A DNA stretch of 64,000 nucleotides from a virus (taxonomy: Duplodnaviria; Caudoviricetes): IMG/VR virus record IMGVR_UViG_2799112265_000002, positions 1-64,000 of that record; one strand, 5' to 3'. The notes under the pieces were generated by a model. It saw nothing but the letters and a program-made list of their open reading frames with translations. It ran no database searches and was not told the DNA's origin. Of this stretch, positions 9,555 through 19,740 are shown piece by piece; positions within the stretch are counted from its first letter, which is position 1; each line of letters begins with the position of its first letter. Position numbers and translations under genes: made by a program.

Positions 9555-11276
9555 ATGAGCGGTGCAATCTCATTCGCGAGCCCCAGCATGCGGGCTTCGG
9601 GATCAGACCTTACGGTCTCGATCTCTCCCCTCGGCCTGGTCGAATTGGCCGACGAGGAGTTTGAGGTGCACGGGCCTCGCCTCAACCGGTACAGCCAGAA
9701 CTTCGCATACTACCTGGGTCATCACTGGGGATACCGGAGAGAAGCGGGCGAAGCCCAGATCACGTTCAACTACGTCAAGGCCTTCGCCGACTACATAAAC
9801 AACTTCACGTTCGGCCGCGGCGTCCACTTCAAGAGCGTCAAGCAGTACGAGCACATCATCCCGGGCCTTCTCAAGCGGGCCTGGGAGGTCGACAACCGCA
9901 AGGAACAGCTCCTGTGGGAGATGGGCCAGCAGGGCGGTGTGTCGGGCGACTGTTTCGTCAAGGTCGCCTACGAGCCTGGATTCGAAGATAGTACGGGACA
10001 ACCACACCCAGGCCGTGTACGCATCCTGCCCTTGAACAGTTCGTTCTGCTTTCCAGAGTGGCATCCACACGACCGCGAGCGTCTTATCCGCTTCAAACTG
10101 AAGTACCGTTTCTGGGCGACCGGAGAAGACGGCACGAGGTCTGTCTACACCTACGTGGAAGTCCTGACCGACGACACGATCGAGGAATACCTGAATGACG
10201 AGCTGATCGACTCCCGACCGAATCCCATGGGAGTCATCCCCGTCGTTCACATCGCAAACTCACAGGTCAGCGGCTCGCCGTGGGGCCTGTCGGATATCGC
10301 CGACATCATCAGCCTGAATCGTGAGTACAACGAGAAGGCGACCGACATCAGCGACATCATCAATTACCACGCTGCCCCCGTGACCATCATTACGGGCGCG
10401 AAAGCGAGCAACCTGGAGAAGGGCCCACGCAAGGTCTGGGGAGGTCTTCCGAAGGACGCCCAAGTGTTCAACTTGGAGAACGGCGTCGACTTGTCGGGAC
10501 CTTTGCAGTACCTGGAGATGATCAAGCGCAGCATGCACGAGATCACGGGTGTTCCAGAGACCGCTCTCGGCCAGATGCAGCCGGCGTCGAATACGTCGGG
10601 CGTTGCTTTGGCCATCATGTACCGGCCGATGATGTCCCGGTACGACCAGAAGAAGATGCAGTACTCCGCCGGCCTCCAGAAGATCAACGAACTCGTCCTC
10701 AAGACGCTGTTCACCTTCGAGCCCGAGACGCGCCTTTACGACCCTTCCACCGAGGGCATCATGAAGGGCGACCAGCCGCCTATAGTCGACGTCCTCGACC
10801 CCATGGCGTACTTCACCGAGTGCGAGTGGCCGGCACCTCTTCCGGTTGACACCCTCATCAAACTCAACGAGATCCAGGCGAAGATGTCCATGGGCCTTGA
10901 GTCCATGCGCGGAGCCCTCCACGACTTGGGCGAGGAGTTCCCGGACGAGAAGGTCCGCGAGATCTTCGAGGAGCAGATAGAGGACGCCAAGCAGCAGGGC
11001 GCACTCCGAATGCTAAAGGCGCAGATAGATTCCGCTATTCTCCAGTTGACGGGAATGCCGCCCGATGGAGCGGATGCGCCTGCACCCCAGACTGATGCAG
11101 ATGGAAACCCCGTCGGTCCTCAGCCTGGCGGCCCGAATCCAGTGACGCTGCCCGGGGGAATCAACCTCGGTGAAATAACGGCGCCTGAGATTCAGAAGAT
11201 GACTAACGAAATCGTGACACAGGCGTACGGCCCGCGGGCCGGACTTCGCCGCGATCCGGACAACAGTACCGACTAG
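9555..11276 (+). CDS. Portal protein
   Basis: SPP1 gp6-like features (IPVVHIAN...WGLSDI, SGVAL), size and position. Confidence 0.88.
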   Translation: MSGAISFASPSMRASGSDLTVSISPLGLVELADEEFEVHGPRLNRYSQNFAYYLGHHWGYRREAGEAQITFNYVKAFADYINNFTFGRGVHFKSVKQYEHIIPGLLKRAWEVDNRKEQLLWEMGQQGGVSGDCFVKVAYEPGFEDSTGQPHPGRVRILPLNSSFCFPEWHPHDRERLIRFKLKYRFWATGEDGTRSVYTYVEVLTDDTIEEYLNDELIDSRPNPMGVIPVVHIANSQVSGSPWGLSDIADIISLNREYNEKATDISDIINYHAAPVTIITGAKASNLEKGPRKVWGGLPKDAQVFNLENGVDLSGPLQYLEMIKRSMHEITGVPETALGQMQPASNTSGVALAIMYRPMMSRYDQKKMQYSAGLQKINELVLKTLFTFEPETRLYDPSTEGIMKGDQPPIVDVLDPMAYFTECEWPAPLPVDTLIKLNEIQAKMSMGLESMRGALHDLGEEFPDEKVREIFEEQIEDAKQQGALRMLKAQIDSAILQLTGMPPDGADAPAPQTDADGNPVGPQPGGPNPVTLPGGINLGEITAPEIQKMTNEIVTQAYGPRAGLRRDPDNSTD

Positions 11277-11289
11277 GAGTTCGTCGCTC

Positions 11290-12159
11290 ATGACGCTTAA
11301 TACCTCGGGCATCTCGGTGCCCGCCGACGCGATCATCGGTTACCGCAGGGACGGTCGTCCGATCCGCCCCATCGCAGGTGGTGCTCCGCAGCCCGGCGAG
11401 GGCGTCGAGACCGGTGAGCCGGTCGTCGTCGTCCCGGCCGCTGTCGTCGAGCCGCCTGCGCCGGCCCCGGCTGAGCCCCGCTTCACCGCGGACGACATCC
11501 AGAGGGCCCGCCAGGAGGAGAAGGACAAGTTGTACAAGCGCCTCCAGACCGTGGAGGAGCAGAACAAGAAGTTCCTGGACGAGATCGAGGCCCAGCGCAA
11601 GCAGCGCGAGGAGGCCCAGGCCGAGGAGGCACGCAAGCGCCAGGAGGCCCAGGCCGAGGCCAAGCGCAAGGCCGAAGAGGACATGTCCGCCAAGGAGCTG
11701 CTCCAGCAGAAGGAGCAGGAGTGGGCCTCCCGCTTCGAGCAGATCGAGCGGCAGCGTGAGGAAGAGCGCCTTCTGTTCGAGAAGGAGCAGGCCTTCAACA
11801 ACCTCCAGCAGTACATTCAGCGTCGCGTTGGTGAGGAAACCAACGAGCTCGCTCCCGAACTTCTCGACTTCGTCGGCGGAAATACGCCGGAGGAGGTCGA
11901 GGCGTCTATCGCTACAGTCAAGGCGAAGACCCAGGCTATTCTGGAATCGGTCCAGCAGGCCGCTATTCAGCAGCGCGCCTCCATGCGTGGTGTGAGCCCC
12001 ACCGGCTATTCCACCACCGGACCGATGGACTCTGATCCGGGCACCAAGTCGTACTCCCTTTCTGACCTCCGCGATATGCCGATGTCGGAGTACGCCAAGA
12101 TTCGGGGCCAGTTGGGCGTTGGCAATGCCGCCCAGAACCAGCGTGGACTGTACTCGTAA
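11290..12159 (+). CDS. Capsid scaffolding protein
   Basis: Charged coiled coil immediately upstream of the capsid gene. Confidence 0.75.
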   Translation: MTLNTSGISVPADAIIGYRRDGRPIRPIAGGAPQPGEGVETGEPVVVVPAAVVEPPAPAPAEPRFTADDIQRARQEEKDKLYKRLQTVEEQNKKFLDEIEAQRKQREEAQAEEARKRQEAQAEAKRKAEEDMSAKELLQQKEQEWASRFEQIERQREEERLLFEKEQAFNNLQQYIQRRVGEETNELAPELLDFVGGNTPEEVEASIATVKAKTQAILESVQQAAIQQRASMRGVSPTGYSTTGPMDSDPGTKSYSLSDLRDMPMSEYAKIRGQLGVGNAAQNQRGLYS

Positions 12160-12194
12160 TTCGGTCGAGTACCCGTAACTAAGGAAATCCAAGT

Positions 12195-13181
12195 ATGCCA
12201 AGCGCGATCACTGGTACCCCGAACCTGTCGGCGTCCCCGACGAACTACTCGGGCGCCAACAGCACCCTCGGTGCGGCCATTCAGACCATCTGGAGCAAGG
12301 AAATTTTGTTCCAGTCCATGCCGATTCTCCGCTTCGAGCAGTTCGCGGTGAAGAAGACCGAATTGGGCGTTCAGCCCGGCCTCACGATCAACTTCATGAG
12401 GTACAACAACCTCGGTTCGGCCAGCCAGTTGGTCGAAGGCGTCCGGATGCAGACCAACGCCCTGTCGGCCTCTCAGTTCTCGATTACGGTCGCCGAGCAC
12501 GGCTACGCGGTCGCCGTTTCCGAGTTGCTTTTGAACGCGTCTTTCGACGACGTCATGGCCTCGGCCTCCCGCCTTTTGGGCCGCAATATGGCTCTGTACC
12601 TGGACCAGTCCGCGAGGGACACCCTGCTCCAGGCGTCTTCGAAGATCTGGGGTTACAACAAGTACGCCCTGACCGGCGCCCGTACTCCGCTGTCGCCGTA
12701 CGACCACGGCACTTCCGCCACTTCCACGGACGGCCTGGACGGCACCTTCGACTTCACCACGGCCGTGGTTAAGGACGCCGTCGAGACTTTGGCGACGAAG
12801 AACGTTCCGCGGTTGGGCGAGACCTACGTCTGCTTCGTTCACCCGCACCAGTCGCGCAAGTTGCGTGATGATCCTGAGTTCATCGAGGTGACCAAGTACG
12901 CGGCCCCGGGGAATTTCCTTTTGGGTGAGATCGGCCGCCTCAATGACGTGGTCTTCATCGAGACCACTCAGGTCAAGCAGATCACGAATGCGGGCGGTAA
13001 GACCGTCTACCAGTCGATCTTCCTGGGCGACAATGCCTTCGGCCACGCGATCTCCCTTCCGGTGGAATTGCGTGACGGCGGTATCCTCGATTTCGGCCGC
13101 GAACACGCGCTTGCGTGGTACGCCATTTGGGGTCTTGGCCTCATCACTGACCAGGCAGTTCTCATCGCCGAGACCAACTGA
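12195..13181 (+). CDS. Major capsid protein (N4-gp56-like)
   Basis: FVHPHQ..LRDDPEF, GEIG..DVVFIET and DFGREH motifs; strong RBS. Confidence 0.9.
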   Translation: MPSAITGTPNLSASPTNYSGANSTLGAAIQTIWSKEILFQSMPILRFEQFAVKKTELGVQPGLTINFMRYNNLGSASQLVEGVRMQTNALSASQFSITVAEHGYAVAVSELLLNASFDDVMASASRLLGRNMALYLDQSARDTLLQASSKIWGYNKYALTGARTPLSPYDHGTSATSTDGLDGTFDFTTAVVKDAVETLATKNVPRLGETYVCFVHPHQSRKLRDDPEFIEVTKYAAPGNFLLGEIGRLNDVVFIETTQVKQITNAGGKTVYQSIFLGDNAFGHAISLPVELRDGGILDFGREHALAWYAIWGLGLITDQAVLIAETN

Positions 13182-13256
13182 GCCTCGATCTGCAACGTTC
13201 GCGTCAGCAAATCGCAACTGAGTTGGCCACGGCGCTGGGATAGCCCGTCACAGGTA

Positions 13257-13296
13257 AAGGGGAGCGGTTTTCTGGATTACCAGGACCGCTCCCCTT
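13257..13296 (+). terminator. Stem-loop after the capsid gene
   Basis: AAGGGGAGCGGT / ACCGCTCCCCTT inverted repeat. Confidence 0.75.
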
Positions 13297-13348
13297 CCTC
13301 GTTAGAGTAGTACCGCTTCACATACACGAGACGCACCCGGAGAAACAC

Positions 13349-13726
13349 ATGCCTGCACGTAATGTCGCCCGCCCTGGAGACCTGACCGGCCGCACCAAGG
13401 CCGCCCTTTCCAAGGAGCACGCCGAGGAACTGAAGGCGCGCGAGAACGAGATAGCACTCATCAATGCGGCTGTGGCCGAGGAGAAGGACAACACCGTCGT
13501 CGAGGTAAAGCCACGCGACCTGTCCGCCCCTCCGGAGCCGGCGCCGATCGAGGTCGCCGATGCCGTCGAGGTGGAGGTCCCGATGCGTGAGTTCCGCGTC
13601 AATACCTCGATCGAGCAGATGACGTTCGGCCACGGCAATCACTTCGATTTCGAAGAGGGCGTGCGCTACAAGGCGCCGAAGGCCCTCTACGACCACCTCG
13701 ACTCGCTCGGCTACATCTGGCACTGA
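13349..13726 (+). CDS. Hypothetical head-associated protein
   Basis: RBS and synteny. Confidence 0.7.
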   Translation: MPARNVARPGDLTGRTKAALSKEHAEELKARENEIALINAAVAEEKDNTVVEVKPRDLSAPPEPAPIEVADAVEVEVPMREFRVNTSIEQMTFGHGNHFDFEEGVRYKAPKALYDHLDSLGYIWH

Positions 13727-13748
13727 TCGGCTCTAGGAGAGCAACGAA

Positions 13749-14042
13749 ATGACTACTCCCGCCCCCTCCCCGTCCATGGGTGAGGCGTACGTGCTGGAGA
13801 ACGCCGAAGGCCACGGGGCCGGCCTGGGTCACCTGCCCACCGGCTCCGTGGTTGCCGTGGTCGACGTGCACCCCGCTGGAACCGCCGGCATCGGCCACGC
13901 AGGCGAGGACTCCGTCCTGCTCGCGCACGAATTCGACACCCACGTCATCACCGATGACGGTAGCCACGCGCCTGGCAAGGCCATCCGGCAGTTCACCCTG
14001 CACCTCTCGGACTTCCAGCGCATGTTCAAGAAGGTTGACTGA
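13749..14042 (+). CDS. Hypothetical protein
   Basis: AGGAG RBS; TGATG coupling to the next gene. Confidence 0.7.
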   Translation: MTTPAPSPSMGEAYVLENAEGHGAGLGHLPTGSVVAVVDVHPAGTAGIGHAGEDSVLLAHEFDTHVITDDGSHAPGKAIRQFTLHLSDFQRMFKKVD

Positions 14043-14461
14043 TGGCTGGTACGAACCCGATCTGGGCAGGTAACGCCCTCGACTTCCTCACCGGCCGGGC
14101 GGTGGCCATCACTGCGCCTCGCACGACCTACCTGGCGTTGCTCATCGCTGACCCGACCGGGGACGACGGTACCTACGACATCACCACGATGGCGGAGGTC
14201 TCCACCCCTGGCTACGCGCGGCAGCAGGTCACCTGGACGGCGCCGGCCGGCGCCCCTATGACCACGGCCAACAACAGCCTGCTGTTCTTCGGGCCTTTCA
14301 CCGCGGACATGACGGACTCGGCGACGTACGCCGCCCTGGTCACCTCCGCGTCCGGCACGACCGGTGCCGTCATCTACGCCTGGCCGATCGACAGCCCGCA
14401 GCAGGCGGCGACGAACGAGAGCCTTCAGATCGCTGCCGGCGCCCTGACCCTGAACGCCTGA
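14042..14461 (+). CDS. Virion structural protein (beta-rich, YARQ motif)
   Basis: YLAL..ADP...EVS.PGYARQ.VTW pattern seen in phage minor structural proteins. Confidence 0.7.
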   Translation: MAGTNPIWAGNALDFLTGRAVAITAPRTTYLALLIADPTGDDGTYDITTMAEVSTPGYARQQVTWTAPAGAPMTTANNSLLFFGPFTADMTDSATYAALVTSASGTTGAVIYAWPIDSPQQAATNESLQIAAGALTLNA

Positions 14462-14474
14462 TAGGAGTCGCGGA

Positions 14475-15287
14475 ATGGCCACCCTTGAGGATCTGCGTAC
14501 GCGCATGCGCTCGGAGCTGGGCGACCGGCTGACGCCGTTCCGTGACACCATCCGGGGCACAGGGGACGTCGCCGAGTACGAACTGAGTGCCAACAACGTC
14601 ACCGGCCTGGAGGTTGTCCAGGTCGTCGGCACAACCCAGACGGTGCTTAATACCGGCACCGACTATGTGCTGGACCCCCTGAACGGCATCCTCACCCTCA
14701 CCCAGCCGCTGCCGCTGGACGCGCTGCTGCTCGTTTCCGGGCAGTCCTACAGCCTGTTCGCCGACGACGAGCTGGACATGTACCTGGGGGATGCCTTCGC
14801 CCAGCACAACCGCGGCCGGACCATCGCTACCCGGTACCGGGACACCGACGGCTTCATCCGCTACAACGAGGAGCCCGTCGACTTCTCCACCCTCCCGCCG
14901 GAGGAAGACGTCCTCGTGGTCTACCTCGCGGTCGTCGAGGCGCTGTGGGCCCTGTCCACGGACGCGAGCACGGACATCAACGTGCAGACGGCCGATGGGA
15001 CTTCGGTGGACCGGCGCCAGCGCTTCGACCAGATCCAGTCGCAGATCAACGCGCTCACCGAGCGGTACAAGTTCCTGTGCAGCCAGATGAACGTCGGCCT
15101 GTACGCGATCGAGGTCACCAACCTGCGCCGCGTCTCCCGTACGACCGGCCGCCTGGTGCCCATCTTCCGCGAGCGCGAGTACGACGACTACTCCCTGCCC
15201 CAGCGGGTGCTGCCGCCGATCGGGCCGGGTCACCAGAACGATGACGAGTCCGGTGTGCCGTCGCAGACGTGGGGTGGTTGGTGGTGA
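14475..15287 (+). CDS. Head-tail adaptor (neck) protein
   Basis: Synteny; N-terminal LR..MRSELGD adaptor-like helix. Confidence 0.6.
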   Translation: MATLEDLRTRMRSELGDRLTPFRDTIRGTGDVAEYELSANNVTGLEVVQVVGTTQTVLNTGTDYVLDPLNGILTLTQPLPLDALLLVSGQSYSLFADDELDMYLGDAFAQHNRGRTIATRYRDTDGFIRYNEEPVDFSTLPPEEDVLVVYLAVVEALWALSTDASTDINVQTADGTSVDRRQRFDQIQSQINALTERYKFLCSQMNVGLYAIEVTNLRRVSRTTGRLVPIFREREYDDYSLPQRVLPPIGPGHQNDDESGVPSQTWGGWW

Positions 15288-15802
15288 GCCGGCTCGACTG
15301 GAAGCGGTCGGGACGCTTCAACGCCAACTACGAGACGACCGAGATCATGGCGTCCCTGCGGGGGCGCCAGCACGAGATCGGCGAGATGGTCCAGTACTAC
15401 CGCTACTCCCACACCGACCCGGCCGCGGAGGACCTGTACGACGAGGCGACCGGCCAGGGCAAGGTGTACGCCGGCCCGTACCGGATCCCGGCGCTGCACG
15501 TCATCCACTCTCAGGGCGCCTCGCAGGACACCCCGCAGGGCCTGTACTCGGTGGACAACCTCTCCATCACCGCATCCTTCGATTCCCTGCGCAAGATGGG
15601 ATTCACCGACCAGGACGTCAAGCACGGCAAGTACCTCACCGACCGGATCGTTTACGACGAGACGGTATTCCGGGTGACGTCGATTGCCGTACTCGGGCAG
15701 ATTCAGAACCGAGACATCATCGTCGGTATCGAGTGCGCGCAGGTCAATCCAGACGAGCTGGTCAACGATGCGCAGTTCGCGCACTGGGCGCAGCCGTCCT
15801 GA
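15284..15802 (+). CDS. Head closure/neck protein
   Basis: Synteny; GTGA overlap. Confidence 0.6.
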   Translation: MSRLDWKRSGRFNANYETTEIMASLRGRQHEIGEMVQYYRYSHTDPAAEDLYDEATGQGKVYAGPYRIPALHVIHSQGASQDTPQGLYSVDNLSITASFDSLRKMGFTDQDVKHGKYLTDRIVYDETVFRVTSIAVLGQIQNRDIIVGIECAQVNPDELVNDAQFAHWAQPS

Positions 15803-15878
15803 TTTATAAAGTTCCCCGGCTTTCTTGGGATCCTGAATGGCGGAAGACTTCCGCTATTCGAGATCCGCGAGGCCTGCT

Positions 15879-16514
15879 TTGCCGTGGCTCATCAACGAGG
15901 ACCGCGCCGTTAAGGCGAAACTTCAGGGCCTCACTGTCACCGATGCGAACGCACCGGACGGACGACCCGTCCCGGTGCGCTATCGCCTTCCCGAGGTGGA
16001 GCTGGCGCAGCAGACGTTCCCGCTGATCGTCATCGAGCACGCGGGCATCGAGAAGGCGGACGAGCGTGAGCACCGCGGCCAGATCTGGCTGCCGTACGCG
16101 CCGGAGGGAACGTCGGGCTGGTGGGAGGACGGCGCCACCACGTACGACGTCACTGCCTCCCCGTACCTGATGGAGTTCCCGATCCCCTTCGACCTGCGGT
16201 ACCGGATCTCTGTCTTTACGCGTCTTGCCGAGCACGACACTGCGCTGGCGTCTCGCATGATGCAGCGCGACCTGCTCCCGGCGCGTTTCGGTTTTCTTGA
16301 GATTCCCGAGGACGGCACCGTTCGGCGCCTGGACATTCTCGGTGGCCCCGAGCTGGCTGATACCCGCGATGAGAACGGAAAGCGTCTGTTCCGTCGCGAA
16401 TACCTGATCTCTGTCTCCAGCGAAATGCTTCCGTCCACTGCGGACGCCTACGTCAAGGCGAGCAGCGTGGCGCTGGACCTCGAATACTTCTCGGACCACG
16501 TAACCAGCCCATGA
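15879..16514 (+). CDS. Tail completion/terminator protein
   Basis: Immediately upstream of sheath; TTG start after GAGG (alternative start 15837). Confidence 0.6.
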   Translation: MPWLINEDRAVKAKLQGLTVTDANAPDGRPVPVRYRLPEVELAQQTFPLIVIEHAGIEKADEREHRGQIWLPYAPEGTSGWWEDGATTYDVTASPYLMEFPIPFDLRYRISVFTRLAEHDTALASRMMQRDLLPARFGFLEIPEDGTVRRLDILGGPELADTRDENGKRLFRREYLISVSSEMLPSTADAYVKASSVALDLEYFSDHVTSP

Positions 16515-16567
16515 CCCGGACCCAGAATTCGTAGCCCCAGGAATTAACCCTTACCCAGGAGAAACAG

Positions 16568-18106
16568 ATGACTGTCTACAAGCGGCCTGGCGTTTACCTG
16601 TCGGAGACGCTGACCCCGCTCGCGCAGACCGTGAGCACCCCGGGCGGGTCCGTCGCGGCCTTCGTCGGGACGAACAAGCAGGGCGGGTCGCTCCAGCCAA
16701 CGCTGGTCTCGTCCTGGTCGCAGTACGTTGCCACGTACGGCGGCTTCGGCGACACCTCGGACTTGCTGCCGTTTGCCCTCTACCAGTTCTTCAACAACGG
16801 CGGCAACGCGGCCTACATCGTGCGCGCTGCGGCCTCCGACGCCGTCGCTGCCTCCGTGACCCTGGAGGACACCGAGGTCACCCCCGAGCCCACCCTGAAG
16901 GTCACCGCCATCAGCCCCGGCACGTGGGGCAACAAGATCTACCTGGACGTGGCCGCCTCGTCTTCCGGCGGTGGCCGCTTCGACCTGTACGTGTACGTCG
17001 GCGGTGACACCGCGGCCTTCCTCAAGGAGCGCTTCACCGACGTCAGTTTGGACCCGGCCGACTCCCGCAACGCTGAGGCCCTGATCAACTCTCCGGTCAC
17101 CGGCTCGGCGGTCATCCAGATCCAGAGCCTGCTTAATACCCAGTGGGACGCGACCCACGCTCCGGCAATCCAGACCGGCACCCCGCTGGCCGGCGGCACC
17201 GACGGTGCGGCTGCGATCGACCTGGAGGCGGCTGCCAAGCGCCTGGAGATCGTCGAGGACAACCTGGTCCTGAACCTGCCGGGCGTCACGGACGCGACTG
17301 TCCTGAACCCGATCATCGCCTGGGCTGAGACCCAGGGCACCGTGTTCGTCGTCGTGGACGGCGAGAAGGCCACCTCGGCCGACAACGCCCACTCCTACGC
17401 GCTGTCCCTCCAGGGCATGTCCACGGGCGGCTCGGCGCTGACGGCATCGTCCTACGCGGCCGTCTACGGCCCGTGGCTGATCGTGAACGACCCGGCGACC
17501 GCAGCGGCCGGCTCGTCCCGCCTGCTGCCGCCTGGGGGTGCGGTGCTCGGCCAGTACAGCCGCATGGACACCTCCCGCGGTGTGCAGAAGCCCCCGGCCG
17601 GCATCGACACCGCGCTGAAGGGCGTGCTGGACGTCCAGTTCCGGTTCACCAACGACGACCAGGACGCACTGAACGTCGCAGGCATCAACGTCATCAAGTC
17701 GATGCCAGGCACCGGGTTCGTCATCTACGGCGCGCGCACCCTGTCGCAGAACATGCCGGACCGCTACGTCTCGGTCCGCCGGTCCCTGATGATGATCAAG
17801 AAGGGACTGCTCGACGCCACGCGCTTCGCGGTCTTCGAGCCCAACGACCAGATCCTGTGGGACCAGATCTCCTCGGTCATCTCGCAGTACCTGCTGACCC
17901 TGATGCAGACCGGTGTCCTCGCCGGGAACACCACGGACCAGGCCTTCTTCGTCGTCTGCGACTCGTCGAACAACACCCCGGCGTCCGTCGCCAATGGCGT
18001 GGTCAACGTCCAGGTCGGCGTCGCGCTCCAGACCCCGGCCGAGTTCATCGTGATCTCGATCGGCCAGTTCTCCGGCGGCTCGACCGCTACCGAGACCACT
18101 TCCTGA
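16568..18106 (+). CDS. Tail sheath protein
   Basis: RPGVY N-terminus, KPPAG, IYGARTL, RYVSVRR, FAVFEPN, PAEFIVI. Confidence 0.95.
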   Translation: MTVYKRPGVYLSETLTPLAQTVSTPGGSVAAFVGTNKQGGSLQPTLVSSWSQYVATYGGFGDTSDLLPFALYQFFNNGGNAAYIVRAAASDAVAASVTLEDTEVTPEPTLKVTAISPGTWGNKIYLDVAASSSGGGRFDLYVYVGGDTAAFLKERFTDVSLDPADSRNAEALINSPVTGSAVIQIQSLLNTQWDATHAPAIQTGTPLAGGTDGAAAIDLEAAAKRLEIVEDNLVLNLPGVTDATVLNPIIAWAETQGTVFVVVDGEKATSADNAHSYALSLQGMSTGGSALTASSYAAVYGPWLIVNDPATAAAGSSRLLPPGGAVLGQYSRMDTSRGVQKPPAGIDTALKGVLDVQFRFTNDDQDALNVAGINVIKSMPGTGFVIYGARTLSQNMPDRYVSVRRSLMMIKKGLLDATRFAVFEPNDQILWDQISSVISQYLLTLMQTGVLAGNTTDQAFFVVCDSSNNTPASVANGVVNVQVGVALQTPAEFIVISIGQFSGGSTATETTS

Positions 18107-18122
18107 GAGAGGTAACTGACTG

Positions 18123-18683
18123 ATGGCTCAGACCAAGCCGAGCGTGGGGCACATCGCTTCGGATCCCTTGCGAAATTTTAAATTTCAAGTACAGATCCAG
18201 CACCCGACGCTCAAGAACTTCGCACGCATGGGCTTCATGTCCGTTTCGGGCCTGAACGTCACGACCGAGGTGATTCCGTACCGTGAGGGCGGAATGAACA
18301 CTACGACGCAGAAGATGCCAGGGCAGAGCGATTTCGCCCCCATCACCCTTTCCAAGGGCCTCGCCGTTGGCGACACCCAGATGATGGACTGGATGAAGCA
18401 GTTGTTCACCGTCATGCAGGGACAAGGCTTCGGAAAGGCCGGAGACAATTTCCGCGTCAACGTGGACGTCTACGTACTCGACCACCCGGTGACTTCTGGC
18501 AACACTCCGGCCAAGGCGGGATTCCGCATCTACAACGCGTGGCCCACGGCGGTGGCGTTCTCGGACCTCGACGCGGGCGCCAATGCGATCGTCGTCCAGC
18601 AAATGACCTTGGCGCATGAGGGATTCGAGTTCAAGTTGGCGAGCGATGTAGGCTCGTCTGGCGTGAGTTTCAACTCGAAGTAA
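18123..18683 (+). CDS. Tail tube protein (T4 gp19-like)
   Basis: DPLRNFKF, YREGG, KMPG, ITLSKG, NAWP, LAHEG. Confidence 0.93.
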   Translation: MAQTKPSVGHIASDPLRNFKFQVQIQHPTLKNFARMGFMSVSGLNVTTEVIPYREGGMNTTTQKMPGQSDFAPITLSKGLAVGDTQMMDWMKQLFTVMQGQGFGKAGDNFRVNVDVYVLDHPVTSGNTPAKAGFRIYNAWPTAVAFSDLDAGANAIVVQQMTLAHEGFEFKLASDVGSSGVSFNSK

Positions 18684-18710
18684 TACCCCTACTAACTAGG
18701 AGCACAATCC

Positions 18711-19580
18711 GTGGCTACCGACCTTAATACCGAGGGGTACATCAACCCCCTCGACAACCCTGCGGCGGCCAACGCGCAGATCAATGCGCTGCTGAACGAG
18801 GCCAAGCAGGAAGAGGTCGCCAAGCCCAACATCAGTCTCCCGGCAGGCGGCAACTTCACCCTGCCGGGAGGCTACGTTCTGGGCGGCGATTACGCCTCGG
18901 CACGCTACGACGCCGAGGTGCGTGAACTGACCGGCGCCGACGAGGAGGCCCTGACCAAGGCCCGCTCCGGTGGCATCGGCAAGTTCGTCTCCACCCTGCT
19001 CCAGGCAGGCACCGTCTCCGTCGCAGGAATGAAGGCCACGCCGGCCCTCCTGTCCGAGCTGCTGCTCGGCGACCGGGACATGCTCCTGCTGGAGATCCGC
19101 CGCGCCACCTACGGTGACGAGGTCGAGTGGGAGCACTACTCCTGCCCGTGGTGCGGTGAGGAGTTCCACCTCACCATCACCCTCGACGAGATCCCGGTGC
19201 GCCGGCTGGACGACCCGTCCAAGCGCGTCTTCGAGGTGGAACTGCGCCGCGGCCGGAAGGCCTTCGTGCGCCTGCCCGTCGGCAGCGACCAGGAAGCCCT
19301 CCTCGCCGTCGCCGAACGCGCCACCGACTCCGAGCAGAACACCCTCCTGCTCTCGCGGTGCATCATCTCCGTCGTCGAGGCGGACGGCAGCGAACACGCC
19401 GTTTCCGGTAATCCCGACTTCGCCCGCTCTCTCGGCATCGCGGACCGCAAGACCATTCTCGAAGCGATTGAGAAGAACCAGCCGGGTCCGCAATACAATG
19501 ATGTCAAGTTCACGCACGATTCGTGCGGAAAGGAGGTCCCCCTCTTCATCTCAGCGGGGGACCTGTTTCAGGGCCTGTAA
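18711..19580 (+). CDS. Tail assembly chaperone / T4 gp26-like protein
   Basis: VRELTGADEE, GDRDMLLLEIRRATYG, CPWC; lies between tube and tape measure. Confidence 0.75.
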   Translation: MATDLNTEGYINPLDNPAAANAQINALLNEAKQEEVAKPNISLPAGGNFTLPGGYVLGGDYASARYDAEVRELTGADEEALTKARSGGIGKFVSTLLQAGTVSVAGMKATPALLSELLLGDRDMLLLEIRRATYGDEVEWEHYSCPWCGEEFHLTITLDEIPVRRLDDPSKRVFEVELRRGRKAFVRLPVGSDQEALLAVAERATDSEQNTLLLSRCIISVVEADGSEHAVSGNPDFARSLGIADRKTILEAIEKNQPGPQYNDVKFTHDSCGKEVPLFISAGDLFQGL

Positions 19581-19740
19581 TTACCACGACACGTACTTCG
19601 AATACGAGCAACTAGTCGAGCTATCCCCGGCTTGGAGCCTCAGCGAAATTCGCCGGTTGACCGTACGTGAGCGCCTGCACTGGGTGAAGTGGTTCAGGGC
19701 GCAGCGTAATAGGCGGATTGCTGAGGCGGATAATGGCTAA
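19567..19740 (+). CDS. Frameshift-accessed C-terminal extension of the tail chaperone
   Basis: +1 frame ORF (..WSLSEIRRLTVRERLHWV..) with no usable start codon; fills the gap to the tape measure. Confidence 0.6.
   Translation, partial: FRACNYHDTYFEYEQLVELSPAWSLSEIRRLTVRERLHWVKWFRAQRNRRIAEADNG

Noticed and set aside
18680-18688. Partial motif TAATACC at the tube gene stop (also CTTAATG near 29977)
   Set aside because: Incomplete matches overlapping stop/start signals; not counted
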